Positions 36,808 through 52,028 of a stretch of DNA of 64,000 nucleotides are shown piece after piece. Numbering within the stretch: the first letter of the stretch is position 1; every line of letters begins with the position of its first letter. The stretch is taken from contig JBNGIO010006005.1 in NCBI GenBank assembly GCA_049999805.1, positions 52,691 through 116,690 of the forward strand, written 5' to 3'. The DNA is from Folioceros fuciformis (lineage: Eukaryota). The position numbers were made by a program, and so were the translations under genes. The notes below the pieces were generated by a model that saw nothing but the letters and a program-made list of their open reading frames with translations, searched no databases and was not told where the DNA came from.

Positions 36808-39800
36808 ATGGTAAGCGAGCCTTTGGCACTTACACCGTGATGGCGTTGCTGCGGAACATTGTTTCTGCTGCCCTCCCTCTTTTCTGGGTTTTGGCGTGTC
36901 GCTTGTTTGTATCTTTTTCGAGTCGAGGACTTGCTGGGACTGTGGGTTTTACTTTATCGCTGCCTTTGGCTCCTCTGTGGCTCTGAGCTGCGGCCAATTC
37001 TACCTTTCGATGCCTCTCTGGGCTGCTTCGGTTCTGTGTGGGTGGAGCTCACTCATGTGAGACAGAGTTCGCGCTCATGCACTGCTGTGGAAGCAGGCCG
37101 GAAGCCTGGAGGAATGCGTCAAGCTGCTGCAGGGGGGGACCGATGAGAAGCGCTTGGTTGGGCTACTTCTGGCAACGAAATTTGTCTCGGGGAACGATGC
37201 AGCAGCCATTCGCCAATTGTTTGATGCCGTTGGGATGCAATTTATAAACCGACTCATCAAAACCGGTCTAATCTCCTCGTGACTCGCTTACTGAGGCTCG
37301 GTTTTGGGCTTGAATCGACTCCTTTTTTGGCGGATTCCATGTGGCTGCGGTGATCACGTTTTGCTATTTTTCAATTTCTTTTGCTCAGGAACAACAGAGA
37401 TTCAGCATGCCAGTGAGCAACTAGGGCAGCAGCAGGGTTACTTGCACCTCGCCCTGACTGTGCTAGCAGCATTTAGCAGGTTGCCTGGCCTTGCTTCAAC
37501 GGATGAGTTTGTGGATAAAGTGCCAGTCTTAGTTCAAACATTGGGCAAGAAGTATGTCCCGAGCCATGAAGAAGGCATCGCTATTTCGTCCTGTTTGCTT
37601 GACTTGGTTGTTCAAAGTTCCCTCAATGTACTTACCTTCGATATCTCCATTGGGTCTGCTGCCGTGCGTGCTTGAAAAGTATTGAACGTCAGTGCTTCCA
37701 GGGACTACGAGGCATCATTTGGGGACTGCTGTGAGTGCCTTCTTTCAATAGCAGGAGCCTCGGAAAGAGGACGTGTGGCAGTGCATGAAGCCCAGGCATG
37801 GCTTTCAGTTGCAAAGATCCTATATGATCCCTCAGGTATTCCATCTTTTCTATCTCATTTTACGTCGATCTTCACCGTGTTGTGGCATGCTTTGGAATCT
37901 AAAACACAAGATCTCGGCTTGTCAGATGCTTCTTGGGTGCAGGTGGCAATGACTCTCCTGTCGTTCTTGCTTCAGTCTCACCCAAATAAAGCTGATATAG
38001 CTGCTCACAGGGCAGAATTGGTTCCTGTGGTAGTCTACAATTTTACTGTTTTATCTGACTCTTGCCTTGTGCATTGTGGTGTTCAAGTTGGAACATCAGC
38101 GTGCTGTACAGGTCAATAACTATCTCAGCTCTTTCGTGGTTCAGGTGCCTTATATCGCCAAGCAGCTTGCCTCTCAGCAAGATCTTCGCAAATTTGAGGC
38201 GTTGAGTCTCCTTCGGATTCTTGTTTCCTCCAATATTCGGGTAGATTTTTGTTTCTTAGCAGGCTATACTTTGGTGCTCAGATGGTGAGCGGTTTTCCTG
38301 CGTCTCGAGGCTATACCATGTGTCCTCCAGTTATTAATTACCGGTTTTGAGCTAAACTTTCTCCTTTGGCTGTCAGAGAGTTGGGCTGTCAGCACCTCAG
38401 TTCCAACCTCAGGGCGAATGGACAAATGATGCCCGCTCAGGCCTTGGACACATTTTACAGAGTCGTGTAGGTAATCCACTCGCTTTACTACATTCGTTTC
38501 CACGGATCTTCTATTCAACTTTCTAGCCTGGTGGCCACCATTCCTATCTACAGAGAAACAAATCGAAAGGTGTGTGGATTTCAGTCGCAGAGCATAAACA
38601 GGCGTGCCTGGAGCTGGTGGAGGCTATTGTAGAAATTGTAGGAGATGATTGGTTGTTGGGCTCGATGACTCTGCCACACGAGACAAAACCAGCTCCCCGG
38701 TTCAGGTGTGTTTACTTCTGCTGGTCTGCTTTGAGAAATATTGATCTTTGACGCATTTAATGGACGTTGTATTTGCAGCTTACCAAGGTCGTATTTCAGG
38801 TTTTTCCGTGTAGTTGTTGAGGCCTTGAGGGTTGAAACACAGTCAACGCTCCACGATATTGCTCAGACATTGTTTGCATCAGGAGAAAACGCTTCTCAGC
38901 ACACCCCTGAAGCTGCTCAGAAGCTGCATGCACTCGCTACATACTATGCTCTGCTTGAACGTGTAGTCACCATGATCTCTGAGGAAGCAGGTCTGCTGTG
39001 ACTTGGAGGCCAGATGTCCTTGCGTTTCTATTTGAGTACTTGGATAGCTTCCAAGGGAACTCCTATTTCCTGGTTCACTGATCGTTGGTGCGGAACAGCT
39101 GAAGATAATCAGATGAGTGAGAGCTTGCTGGAGAAAACCTTCACAAGCGTAAATGACATTGTGGGTGTGGTCATTGAGCTGCTAGAGGGTGCACAGGTGC
39201 TTGAATAATCCTTGCTGATTTTTTTCCGATTCACACAGCTAGTGTCCGTCTGCATGATTCTCTAGTCTGACGTCTGGTGTTCCTTGCTCAGGAGCATGGT
39301 CTCACTCGTGGTGATATCCTTCTTGCGTCCGTACGTCTGCTGGGCAGGTCTGTGATCCTTGTAGGCCGTCGAAAAAAGTACACAACACTCATTCACCTTC
39401 CTCTTTGCAGTTATACTTATGCACTAAAGAATGGGACATTGTCTGTGGCAGGTACTTGGGTGAGGCTCCATCTGCTCATAACCAACGCGTGCTTCGTCTT
39501 CTCGGTTACCTGCTGTCTGTTACCACTGAAGGTGAAGAAAGGTACGTGCTTTCTGTCGATTGTGACACTATATCCTGACCATTGTAGCCATTCTGCACGT
39601 GTGGTAAAACGGCACGTTCGTGAAGGACGCTAACCCCGTATTTCTATAGACCGATACATGCCGTCAGTTTTATGCTACCCTCCTTGTCTTTAATGACGAT
39701 GGACGTTGAGGGATGCACTGCTCTGTTATCCTGTGCAGCACACAAGCAGGTTGGAGTCCGTGGAGTCGCTGTCTGTTTGGTGTTTGATTTCTGAGTGTTG

Positions 39801-40794
39801 TCCATAAATTGGCCCTTAAAATGTTTGCGTGTCCATCCAGATTGTCGGATTCCTACAAACCGCGGTGGACGACTTGGACAATGCTCCAGCAGGGATCATT
39901 GTCGGAGCTTCCGATGTGCTCCTGAATCTTTTCGTCAAGGTAACTAACTCATCACGCGAAAATTTGCTCACACGTAGCCTGCCCATCGTCTGAATTGACT
40001 TTCACGAGGGCACTCTTGGAGCTGCAGAAGAATGAAGTACCTTTGCAGCTAGAATCTCAGGATTTCGTTCCAGTCCTGCCTACAATGGCTTCTTGGGCTG
40101 GTAGGTTGGCATACTCGCGTACTCGAGTCCATGGGGAAGGAGACGTGGCTCCACAAATCTTCACCATCGTAACACTGCGTCGTCTTTGCCGATTTCCAAT
40201 GGTCAGGCCGGGGAGCATCGAGGATGGAGAACGCATTAGCAGGAACCCTGTCGTCCCTGGTGCTTGATCTGACCAACGAAGATGACCTGCTGAAGAAACT
40301 CGGAGCTGAAACTTTCAACGCCGTGATTGAGTTGATAGCCCTCAACGTAGAAGCCAGTGTGAGGGTGAGCTCCTGACCGGTTAAGATTTGTGCTTGTTCG
40401 GCGCATCTTTCACTTTAGTCTGACTTGATCCCGGCGTTTTAGGCTGAAGATACGTCAGAATCACCAGATGACGAAGACCTGTGGGACATAACTGTGTCAG
40501 GTGGGGTTGTTTCACTCCGTTTAGTGTTGCCATAAGCCGCTGTCAATTCCCAGAGTGCTGACCCCATGCTGCTTGACGTCGGATGCTTCTCTTCCAGGTT
40601 GCGCATCATGCTTAGATCGGTATCCATCATTGAAGCATATTTTGCTCTCATCTCCCGTTATTCAGTCTCACATCGCATCAAGGTTGGTCCCAGCAACTCG
40701 TTTCTTCTGTACGGGTGCAGCTCACCGTGATCGGAATTTAACTTCTTTCGTGTGCGCGGTCATGCCAATCGGCCGCTTCTGTTCGTTGGCTTGA
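36808..40794 (+). CDS. Neurochondrin-like ARM-repeat protein, multi-exon
   Basis: SLEECVKLLQGGTDEKRLVGLLLATK, FDAVGMQFINRL, YLHLALTVLAAF, KFEALSLL, GDDWL, GDILLASVRLLG|YLGEAP, FMLPSL; ATG at 36808 followed directly by GTAAG. Confidence 0.85.
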
Positions 40795-41409
40795 TTAGGA
40801 ATGTGGAAAGGGAGTTTGACACAACGAAGCCAGGGGTGCAGTTACTCCTGGCAAGCTTGATTCGCGCCTAAAGTGCGTTACGGCCGTTTCTGTTTTTGCG
40901 AGCTGATGCATTCGTCCCTTCTTGTTGAAGCCATGGGGAACGGGAATGTCCTCATCCCTTGCTGAGTCCTCGGTGGGGAGGACTTCCATCGAACGTGATG
41001 GACAACATGTAAACCTTTCGGCTGAGCTTTCTGGAAATGCACAGAAGCCACAGTTTGTTTTCTCCGTCATTTGGTCCAATTTTTTCTCCCAGTCTTCGAC
41101 CAAGTCCAGATCACAAGGGAGCGACTGGGTGAGTCAATCCCACAAGCTCGCTCCCAGGGAAACTACTCTCAAGCACGTGCATTGCTGTCAGAACCGGTCT
41201 TCACGTGACATGAAATTGGGGCTCCTGCACAAACCGGCCAGTACCTACCTTTGTCTGGTGGCCACCCATGGACTAAAGCCGCACCAGCGACTGCGTGTGT
41301 CAAAAGTCAGAGGCAACACGGAAGGATGACGCGACAGTGCGGACTGACCATGAGTGACTAGATTAGGCTGCGGAGACTCGGGGTTGAAGTCAAGGAGGAT
41401 TCCAGGCCT

Positions 41410-42824
41410 TCACGATAATCTTCTCAGCACAGAGAAGTATAGTGGTCCCCAGCCCTGGGCCACGTCCGGCAGGACAATCCAGCCGTGTTCTGTTCTCTCG
41501 CCGATAGGCCAGGTTTGCGGCACGACTTCGAACTGGACTTTGGATTTCCTCATAGCCTGCAGGAGGACAAAGATGACAAGAGATACGTCAACAACAAACC
41601 CAGCACAAGCGGCACAGAAGGTTGACAAATTGCTACATAGTTGAACCTTTGAGATGACACCGTCGTTTTCCAAATGGCTTATGGAACAAGTAGAGTACAC
41701 CACGATGCCACTGAGATGGACACTTTTCAGGGCCGCAGTCAAGAGCGCATACTGCCTTGTTGATAGGGTACTTGATCGGCGAGGCGTCCACTGCTGGAGT
41801 TCGTGCTTGTCGTGGATAAGGTGCCGCTCTGACGAGCAAGGTGCATCGACCAGAATCTGGATTTTTCAGGTCAGCGTGATCAGCAGCCACAATGAGACAA
41901 CGCTTATAGAACTGGAGTCTCTTCCGCCAATTCACATGCAAGGTGGGTGCACCTACTTTGTCATACAGCTCTCGTGCCAACCATCTGGTGCCATCTCGGG
42001 AAGTTACTCGAACACAGTGACGGAACTGTTGCGGTATGTAGTCCCGGATAATCTGTTCGTCACACCATCACCATCACCGCCTTAGAGTTCTTGCAACACA
42101 TGAAGCATGACAGCATGCCACAACCAACCTTCAAAAGTCTCCTACGTCGGTCCTCCGAGAGCTCGTTGGCAGTGAGGGATCCGTTGGGCAAATCCAGTTG
42201 CTGCAAAATAGCCAAGGACTTTCCCCCAGGCGCCGCGCACATATCCAGCACTCGGTCCCCGCCGTTCAGCTGCAGAGCTTGAGTTACCAGCACTGAGGCA
42301 GCGTCCAGTAGGTAGTACGACCACACATCTCCCGCGTCTTTCCCTGGCTGGGGAAACCTAGTGGCTGCCGCGTACACTGGGATATTGAGAAACTGGAGCT
42401 GCACCAGGCCGGGCATGGATGACAGCACCTCGGCACATGACTGCGGATCCGCGAAGCGATTGAGCATGCAGGAAGACTGTACATCGCGTTCCAGAGCGGG
42501 CTGAAGCGACAGCCACCGATCCCTGTACTGCTCCCGGTAGAAGGAGAAGAAGGCCTCCACCACCGCAGCCTTTCTCTCAGCCTCCTGCTCCTTCCGCCTC
42601 AACAACTTCATCTTGGTCCTGGAGAGCGGCTTCCCGGGTCTGTCTCCACCCCCTGGTGTCTCTGATCCTGCCCCTGCCTCCTCCTCGCATACTACTGCTG
42701 TACCTCCACGCTGGTGAGCCCACATCCTGCATCTCTTCTCCACCACAACCCCAGGCTGGGCTAGACTCTGAGGATACCTCGTGGGAAGGGCATTGCCAGC
42801 GGGCCTGATGCTCAACAAGCCCAT
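41410..42824 (-). CDS. RsmB/NOL1/NOP2/Sun RNA m5C methyltransferase, NSUN3/NSUN4-like, 4 exons
   Basis: YYLLDAASVL...VLDMCAAPGGKSL, LTANE, YDK|ILVDAPCSSERH (motif IV Cys), VVYSTCS...END (motif VI Cys), C-terminal GWIVLPD...WGPLYFS. Confidence 0.88.
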
Positions 42825-43288
42825 GGCTGCTGCAGCTCAGCAGGCCTTCATTTAGCAACTTTTTCATGCCGAACTTCCTTCGCCAGGATCTTCGTCTTCT
42901 GTCACTTGGAGTTAGCTCCAGCTGCGCATCCTTTCCTTTGAGAGAGCTACAGTTCATGTCAGAACAATTGCCGTCTCAGCGATGACATCAAGCACACAAA
43001 GCCCCTGGAAAACGAACTTTTGCTGAGGACGAGACTGCGATGCATTGGTAGAGAGAAATGCACTTTGGTAATTATGTCACCGCCTCTCTGGTGTTTACTA
43101 CTATTGAAATAATGTGAAAACACTCACAACCACTGGTTGTAGACGTGATATCAAAGAAGCCTGGATGGATGGCTTGTTTCAATGGGTCTTGCAGGTTGTG
43201 ATTGCTACGTCCTAACAAGGAACCTTTGACACACACCTTGCCAAACTATTTCTCTATGTATGTACAGATCCTCATGATCGGTCTTAGC

Positions 43289-44909
<1,621 letters not shown>

Positions 44910-45319
44910 CTAATTCGCAACCTCTTTAGTCTGATAGAGATCGTCAGAAAGGAACGTGAATGGGAGGGAAAGAAAACAACGGGCAGCTTCAAACAGTCGA
45001 CTTCAACCAATAAAAAGTCGTAGTTTGGTCCACGGATGGTGCCACAGTCGGACAGGAATCCGCGAAAGCATTGTATTGGGGAGGGAGTTTTCATAAGCAC
45101 CCGAGGGCGCCTAATTTTGGGTACATTATTATTAATTTCAAAGTTTGTTGGCCTAGCCTTTTTATCCTACAATTAGTGTTTATTTCCTATTTAAAAAGGG
45201 ATAAAACCCAAAAAATACTAACCCATTCCAACATCATTCTTAAAATACATTGATAAATTAAAAAAAAACTTTACTTTTACCCATAAAAAAAAGTCACTTA
45301 ACCTGCAATTGTTAGTATT

Positions 45320-45645
45320 ATAAAGACCACATTGGCCAATGTTCTTTATAAAGCAATGGATTTGAATGTGGTCAATTCTTTGCAAAGCAATGGATATGCT
45401 TGTCACTGTTCTAAAGATTGCATTGGCCAATGCTCTTGGCAAAGCAATGGATATGCTTCTTTCTATTCTAAAGACCACATTGACCAATGCTCTTAGCAAA
45501 GCAATGGATACGCTTGTCTCTATTCTAAAGACCACATTGGCCAATGCTCTTTGGCAGAGCAATGGAAGACCACATTGGCCAATGCTCTTTGGCAAAGCAA
45601 TGGATATGCTTGTTTCTATTTTAAAGACTGCATTGGCCAATGGTC
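45320..45645. repeat. Imperfect ~57-bp tandem repeat (~5-6 units) with palindromic core CATTGGCCAATG
   Basis: TAAAGACCACATTGGCCAATGCTCTTGGCAAAGCAATGGATATGCTTGTCTCTATTC repeated with variants. Confidence 0.9.
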
Positions 45646-46122
45646 TTTACAAACCAATTGATAAGTGTTGTAGAAAGAAAACCATTACTAAGAAAAAAAA
45701 AAACTCCTATAGATATGCAAATATTGAAATACCATCAATTGTCTTGTGAAGCACTATAAAGTTATCTCACTGATTATTAGTGGGTACTATATAGAACTCT
45801 ACCCTTGGGAGTTGCCACTCGCCCCCCTTAACAAAGCAGCACTATATGAACACATTTTTTTTCTTATCGAATTTTTAATTTTCATCACATATCACTTACA
45901 CCATTACTCTCCCCCATTAGCGGGATCCCCAAAGCCTAAACCTTGATCACCGTGTGTAACGTGAATGATATGTATCTAACCGGTCTTCACAAACTGATGG
46001 GCGCCCGTGCCAGTCTCAGTCCACTGTGTGCTCTTCAATCCTGCAAAACGGCTGCCCTAAAGTGAGCACGGACATCAGAAACTGAAGTTGTCTTGTTCGT
46101 GTACGCGGCTTCCCGCATTCCT

Positions 46123-49100
46123 ATGGCGGAGGTGGAAGAGCTACCAGTTCCTCCGCACCGGCTGGCTGCGGAGACGCAGGAGGTGCCACGGATTGCCGTG
46201 AACATCGACTGGTCGCAGGTGGACCTTGATTCTATCATTCTGCCACCGGATGAGGACTTCGGCATAAAGAGGTGTGGGGTGTTCTTGAGCTGAGGTCATG
46301 TGCGTGGCTGCACTGACCGAAGTGTGCAGCTTACATTTGCGCGGCATGACGTAAAATTGGTCCTCGTAGTTGGGGCGCGAAAGTAGGGCTTTTGGTGGGT
46401 GGCGGTCGGATTGGTGCCTTTGCGCTGAACACTAGCTTCGTTGTTCCTGGTTGTCCAGTGATGAGGAGGAGGAGGAGGAGGAGGTGCTGGAGACGGAGAC
46501 TGGGTTTGGGAACGTCATCGTGGTCGATAACTTGCCGGTTGTTGCGCCTGAGAAGTTTGACAAGCTCGAGGGCGTGATCAAGAAGATCTTTGGACAGATT
46601 GGTCAAATCCGGGATGGAGGGCTGTGGATGCCCACTGACCATGAGAACCGGAAGACGAAGGGTTATGCCTTCATTGAGTATGCGACTCCGCAGGTAGGGT
46701 TCGTGGTTTGAGTGCTGAAGCCTGTCGTTGTTGTTGATATGCTGGGTGGGTGACGGTGGTTTAAATGATCGAAAATTGGTGTGTCAAGGAGGCTCAAACT
46801 GCACGAGAGCAGACGAATGGCTACAAATTGGACAAGTCACATGTGTTTGCGGTGAACATGTTCGATGATTTTGACAAGTATTTGAAAGTTGCCGATAGTT
46901 GGGTGCCGCCTGAAAGCAGGCCCTACGCTCCTGGAGTAAGTGCTCGTCGGAGTTGATGTAGAGTTAGTCTGTGCCTTCCGCCTCGGGTACCTAGTGTCTT
47001 CAAAAGTAACGTTTGATCATGTCTGGTGGCATACAGGAAAATTTGCTGGCTTGGCTGACTGACGAGCGTGGACGAGACCAATTTGTGATTCGCTATGGGT
47101 CTGAGACTGAGGTGTATTGGAATGATGCAAGGCAGGGAAAGCCTGAACCAGTCTATCAGCGTACAGTGAGTTCCTCGGCCTGCACTTTCTCACTAGCCTG
47201 CTGCTGTTGATTGTCAGCTCTACTCAAGTGTTGGTCTGGTTAACTTGGTTGTTTCGGATCAGTATTGGACGGAGAGTTTCGTTCAATGGTCGCCTTTGGG
47301 CACATACCTGGCTACAATTCATAGGCAAGGAGCAGCAGTTTGGGGAGGTGCCCAGACATTCAACAGACTTATTCGCTATATTCACCCTCAGGTTTAGTTC
47401 TCCCTTTGTTGAGTGTCCGCTTTATGCTTTGGATTCTTGTTTTGCTGTCAGATCGTGTTGATCCCTGTGTGCACTGAACAGGTCAGATTAATCGACTTTT
47501 CACCTGGTGAAAAGTATATGGTGACCTACAGCAGCCATGAGCCCAGCAATCCACGAGATACTCATGTGTGTGGAGTTGCAACCTTTGTCCTTTCTTCAGG
47601 CGTGTTGTGGCAAGGTGGCATTTCCGGCTGCCACAGACGCAGCTTGTCATGACTCATGTTGTGGTTTTCCTGCAGCGTGTCACTTTGATGATCTTTGACG
47701 TAAGGTCCGGCAAGCTCCTAAGAGAATTCAAGGGCAGTGCAGATGATTTTGCTACGGGTGGAACAGGTGGTGTTGCGGGGGTGTCGTGGCCTGTCTTCAG
47801 GTAAACTGGGTTGATGGTAGTAGGAAGGTCAAGACCTGCGTTACCATTTAGTGAGTGTATTGTGAGAGGAAGTAGCAGCCCTCAGTTGTTCTGAATCCCT
47901 GGAGCTGTGGTTTGTCTGATTCATTATCCTTGCAGATGGGCTGGAGGAAGGGATGACAAGTACTTCGCCCGGATTGGAAAAAATGCGATCAGTGTGTATG
48001 AGACAGAAACGATGGTGCTGCTGGACAAGAAGTCAATTAAGGTTGACAATGTCATGGATTTTAGCTGGTCTCCCACAGACCCATTACTCTCTCTTTTTGT
48101 GCCTGAGGGAGGTGGAGGCAACCAGCCTGCTAGAGTAAGTTCTTCATTGCAGGTCTGCTGTTTCCATGACTTCCTACTTTAATCTCGGACAGTAACCTGG
48201 CAAGCGTCTGGGTTGCAACAGGTAAGTTTGATTCAGATACCAAGCAGAGAAGAGCTGAGGCAGAAAAATCTGTTCAGCGTCAGCGACTGCAAGATGTATT
48301 GGCAAAGTAATGGTGATTACTTGGCGGTTAAAGTTGACCGGTATACCAAGACCAAGAAGAGCACGTATACAGGTTTTGAGCTCTTTCGAATCAAGGAGAG
48401 GGATATCCCAATTGAGGTCTTGGAGCTGGAGAACAAAAATGACAAGATAGTTGCATTTGCTTGGGAGCCCAAAGGCCATCGCTTTGCCATAATCCATGGG
48501 GATGGACCGCGTCCAGATGTTACGTTTTATTCCATGAGGAGCCCAAACAATGTGGGTCGTGTGACCAAGCTGATGACTTTGAAGGGAAAACAGGCCAATG
48601 TGCTTCATTGGTCGCCTATTGGTAGATTCATAGTGCTTGCGGGCTTGAAAGCATATAATGGTCAGCTTGAGTTCTATAATGTGGATGAGTTGGAGTCGAT
48701 GGCCACAGTCGAACATTTCATGGCAACGGATGTGGACTGGGATCCCACCGGCAGGTATAGCTTTGAGCCTTATGCTTGTTTGCGGAGTGCTTTTTGAATT
48801 CTGGCGACCAACCTTTTGTGCTGTCTTACAGGTATGTGGCTACCTCTGTGACCTCGGTACATCAAATGGAGAATGGGTTTAACATCTGGGCTTTTAATGG
48901 AAAACTTCTTTATCGGCTTCCAAGAGATCGATTTTACCAGGTTTGACAGTTATTGCTTTGTGCATGAACCTCGGAGAGAGCCTGGCGCTTGAGTGGTGTG
49001 TGCTGACTTTTAAGTTCTCGTGCGCAGTTTTTGTGGCGCCCAAGGCCCCCGTCTTTGCTTACCCCGGAAGACGAAGCAGAGATAAGCAAAAATCTTCGGA

Positions 49101-49375
49101 AGTACAGCAGGAAATATGATGTTGAAGATGCTGAGTCATTAAGTGCACTGAGTGCTCAGGACATGGAGAACAGAAGGAAAATGATTGATGAGTGGAGGAG
49201 CTTGATAGCAAAATGGAGGGACTACAACGACGAAGAAAAGCATATTCGTCAGGAACTCCGAGATGGTGAGCCCAGTGATGACGAAGACGATTATGAAGCC
49301 GAAGAGGTCGAAGTAGAAGAGATAATTCACATTGAGGAGGAGGTTATCGCGTACGGTTTTGAGCAGTTAGATTGA
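46123..49375 (+). CDS. EIF3B: Eukaryotic translation initiation factor 3 subunit B, multi-exon
   Basis: RRM (IVVDNLPVV...KGYAFIEY...TNGYKLDKSH), WTESFVQWSPLGTYL, QKNLFSVSDCKMYWQSNGDYL, FAWEPKG, WDPTGRY, WRPRPPSLL, acidic tail. Confidence 0.97.
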
Positions 49376-50102
49376 GCGAGCCGCGGAGTAGTTTCACCAC
49401 CACCTCACGGTCAAAGTTGTTACTGATTTGTGGTAGTGATTTTTCTCACTCTGAATAACACACTTGGAGGAGCACACTTGGAGGAGCGCAGTCAGATAGG
49501 TAGTACACCTTCAGTATTTTCAAGGTGTGGTTTGCAGGGCCTAAACGGCCTTAAGATCTAGGTTTGTAGAGGGCCACTGTTTTGAAGTTCAGCGGTATGT
49601 GCGTATGTCATGAACTCGGAGCTTGGCAGTGCGTTTTCCACAATTCAAGGGGTCCTTACGCAAGATTTTGAATACGGGTTTGCGTTTCCGGACCCACAGA
49701 TTCCAAACCGTAGTTAATCCTGTGGCATTTTCGCTGTCCTATGTGGCATGCGCCTGGGAGATGGCATGTTCACGCGGACGTCTGGCTCATGGTAGCTCTG
49801 AATCCCCTCCGGTCGCCTCCCTGTCACCGGCTCCTGGCTAGAACTGTCGCAAGAAAAGGGGTAATGTGCACGACTGCACGGCAGCTGAGGGGCCAGTTTC
49901 ACGAAAGCTGACTGCGCGAAAATTTCTTAGATGTGCCTCGCGGCGCAGAAGATGGAGGAGGAAATCTAGTGTCGTGGTGCGTCCTTGGAAACAGGAATTT
50001 ATTGCCGCTCCGTGATTGTTCGTTGGAGATGCGTTTGTCTATGTCTGAGCGCTGGTGTCACCTTTGTCACAGTGAACCTGCTGTGGGCTTCGCTATTCCA
50101 GC

Positions 50103-52028
50103 ATGGCTGGGAGCAGGAGTAAACAGTATTTGGAAACAAACAGGCCTTGGCTGAGTACGTTGCTTCGACGATTTTAAGTCTCTGTTTGCAGCACAAGGGT
50201 TTAGGCTCGTAGCGGGGGCTGGATTGTAGCAAACTAAGTGCTGTCATCCGAACAGGCTTGTATGGAATGAGAGTGAGGCCAATCACGAGTAGCCAACTTC
50301 CGCACGATTCAGCCCTGCTTCATCGGATTCTTCCTGATGAACTTCTCCATGAGGTAATCCGGTTAATCTAATCGTTGGATATATGTGTAATGCTCTGCAG
50401 AATCGTGTGCATCTGGTGCTCATTGCTTGTTGCTGGTTTTCAAGGCGTTCAGGTCTTCGCACGGATGTCTTCGTATACGTTAGGTCGGGCAGCTTGTGTC
50501 TGTCGAAAGTGGCGTTTCGCTCTTAAAAACCCTGAATTTTGGCGTGTTAGTTGCCTTAAGGCTTGGCAGGTATGTTGTTTGCTTGGAAGCATCCAACGGT
50601 ATCTGCTTCCTACTTGTGTTCGTGTTTTTGTGTAGAGCTGCTGAATGAAACATAAACCGATTTTATTCAATTTACTCCATGTGTGTACATTAATTCGCAC
50701 ATCCGCTGATGAGTTTTAGATGACCGGGACTCGGGAGAATGAAAAAATTGTTCAACAGAGTTATGGAGGTTCTTGGCGGGCAATGTGGATTCAGCGACCC
50801 AGGCTACGATTTGATGGTCTGTGTTTCCCTGTGAGACCTAGAATTTGTTGGCTTTTGTGGGTTTTTTTTTGTGAGGCACTCTGCATCTGTTGTTGCTGAG
50901 GTTTTGCGGTACACGTCTAGGGCTTTATGTGAGTCGGAACACATATATCAGGGCCGGAGTTACTGAGGGGAGAAACATCAGTCCCGTGCATCTGGTATTG
51001 GTTGACGCTTTACTGGCTGGTGGCCCTGCCCGTTTGTAAATGAGGTCCCCGTAAAGCATATCTATCCTTGGGCTCGTAGTCTTCCTGTGGTCAGGAAAAC
51101 TGACTGGCTTCTCTGTTACAGGTTTGTTACTATCGGTACCTTCGTTTCTTCCCTGGCGGCAAATTCGTGTATAAGGTGAGATTTCTTGTTTGTGTGAAAT
51201 GTTTCTACAATTCCTTGCCCAATGCGTAGGATCAAGGGCTCGTTGCTGTTTGCTTGTCCCCGGGGATATTGGTGGCAAAACTTTCGGTGTGTAAGGTATG
51301 TCTACTTCCTTGTCGGCAGACTTCTCCCCTACGTGTAAAAGAGGTGGCAAATGTGATGCATGGCCGGCCCTCAAAAGTTGATGCAGTCTATTTGGGGCAA
51401 TTCACTCTCACAAGCAACCAGGTTCCCGCTGTGCTCACAGATTCATTGACTTCTTTGTGGTGGCTGACCATTTGATCTTCAAGCAGAACCATTCTTTGTT
51501 GCCCTACAACGACAGCCCGTGTTTTCCTCCCTAACTCTTCTTCAAACAGGTTGATGCAGCTACTTTGTATTCAGGGCGGAAACCCACTATGCTGAGGTTT
51601 CGACTGAGGTAAGTCCGATCTGGAAGGGCCCTTGTAGGATAATGTTGAGAAGTGTGCACCCATATGAACAAGTGTGTTGGATGTGGAGCAGAGTGCGTGG
51701 GACAGTTCCAGGTGCCAACAACCGTCTTGACATCTTGCGGATTACGACAACTGGTGCCGGCGAGGATGTAGATCATGAAAGTGTGCTGGAGTTTGCTGAT
51801 GACTGGCAAGACGATGAAACACATGATCCTGATGTGCCTGCGATTTCTCATCGACGTGGCCTCTCTCCTTGTGTCTTTGTTCCATTTGACGAGGTACGGA
51901 GTCGTGTGGTTGAGCGAGGTAGCATTTCTCCTCTCTAGCTGCAGATCTCATTGCTTTACCGTTCTCAGGTGGAGACGTCATTCTTGAACCTGCCTGTGGA
52001 TAAGATGGACTACTATGTTCCTGGTTAA
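50103..52028 (+). CDS. FBP7: F-box protein 7 (FBP7/FBXO9-like), multi-exon
   Basis: [102 protein letters not shown]. Confidence 0.93.

Noticed and set aside
45218-45749. Repetitive ORFs on both strands
   Set aside because: By-product of the 57-bp (multiple of three) tandem unit
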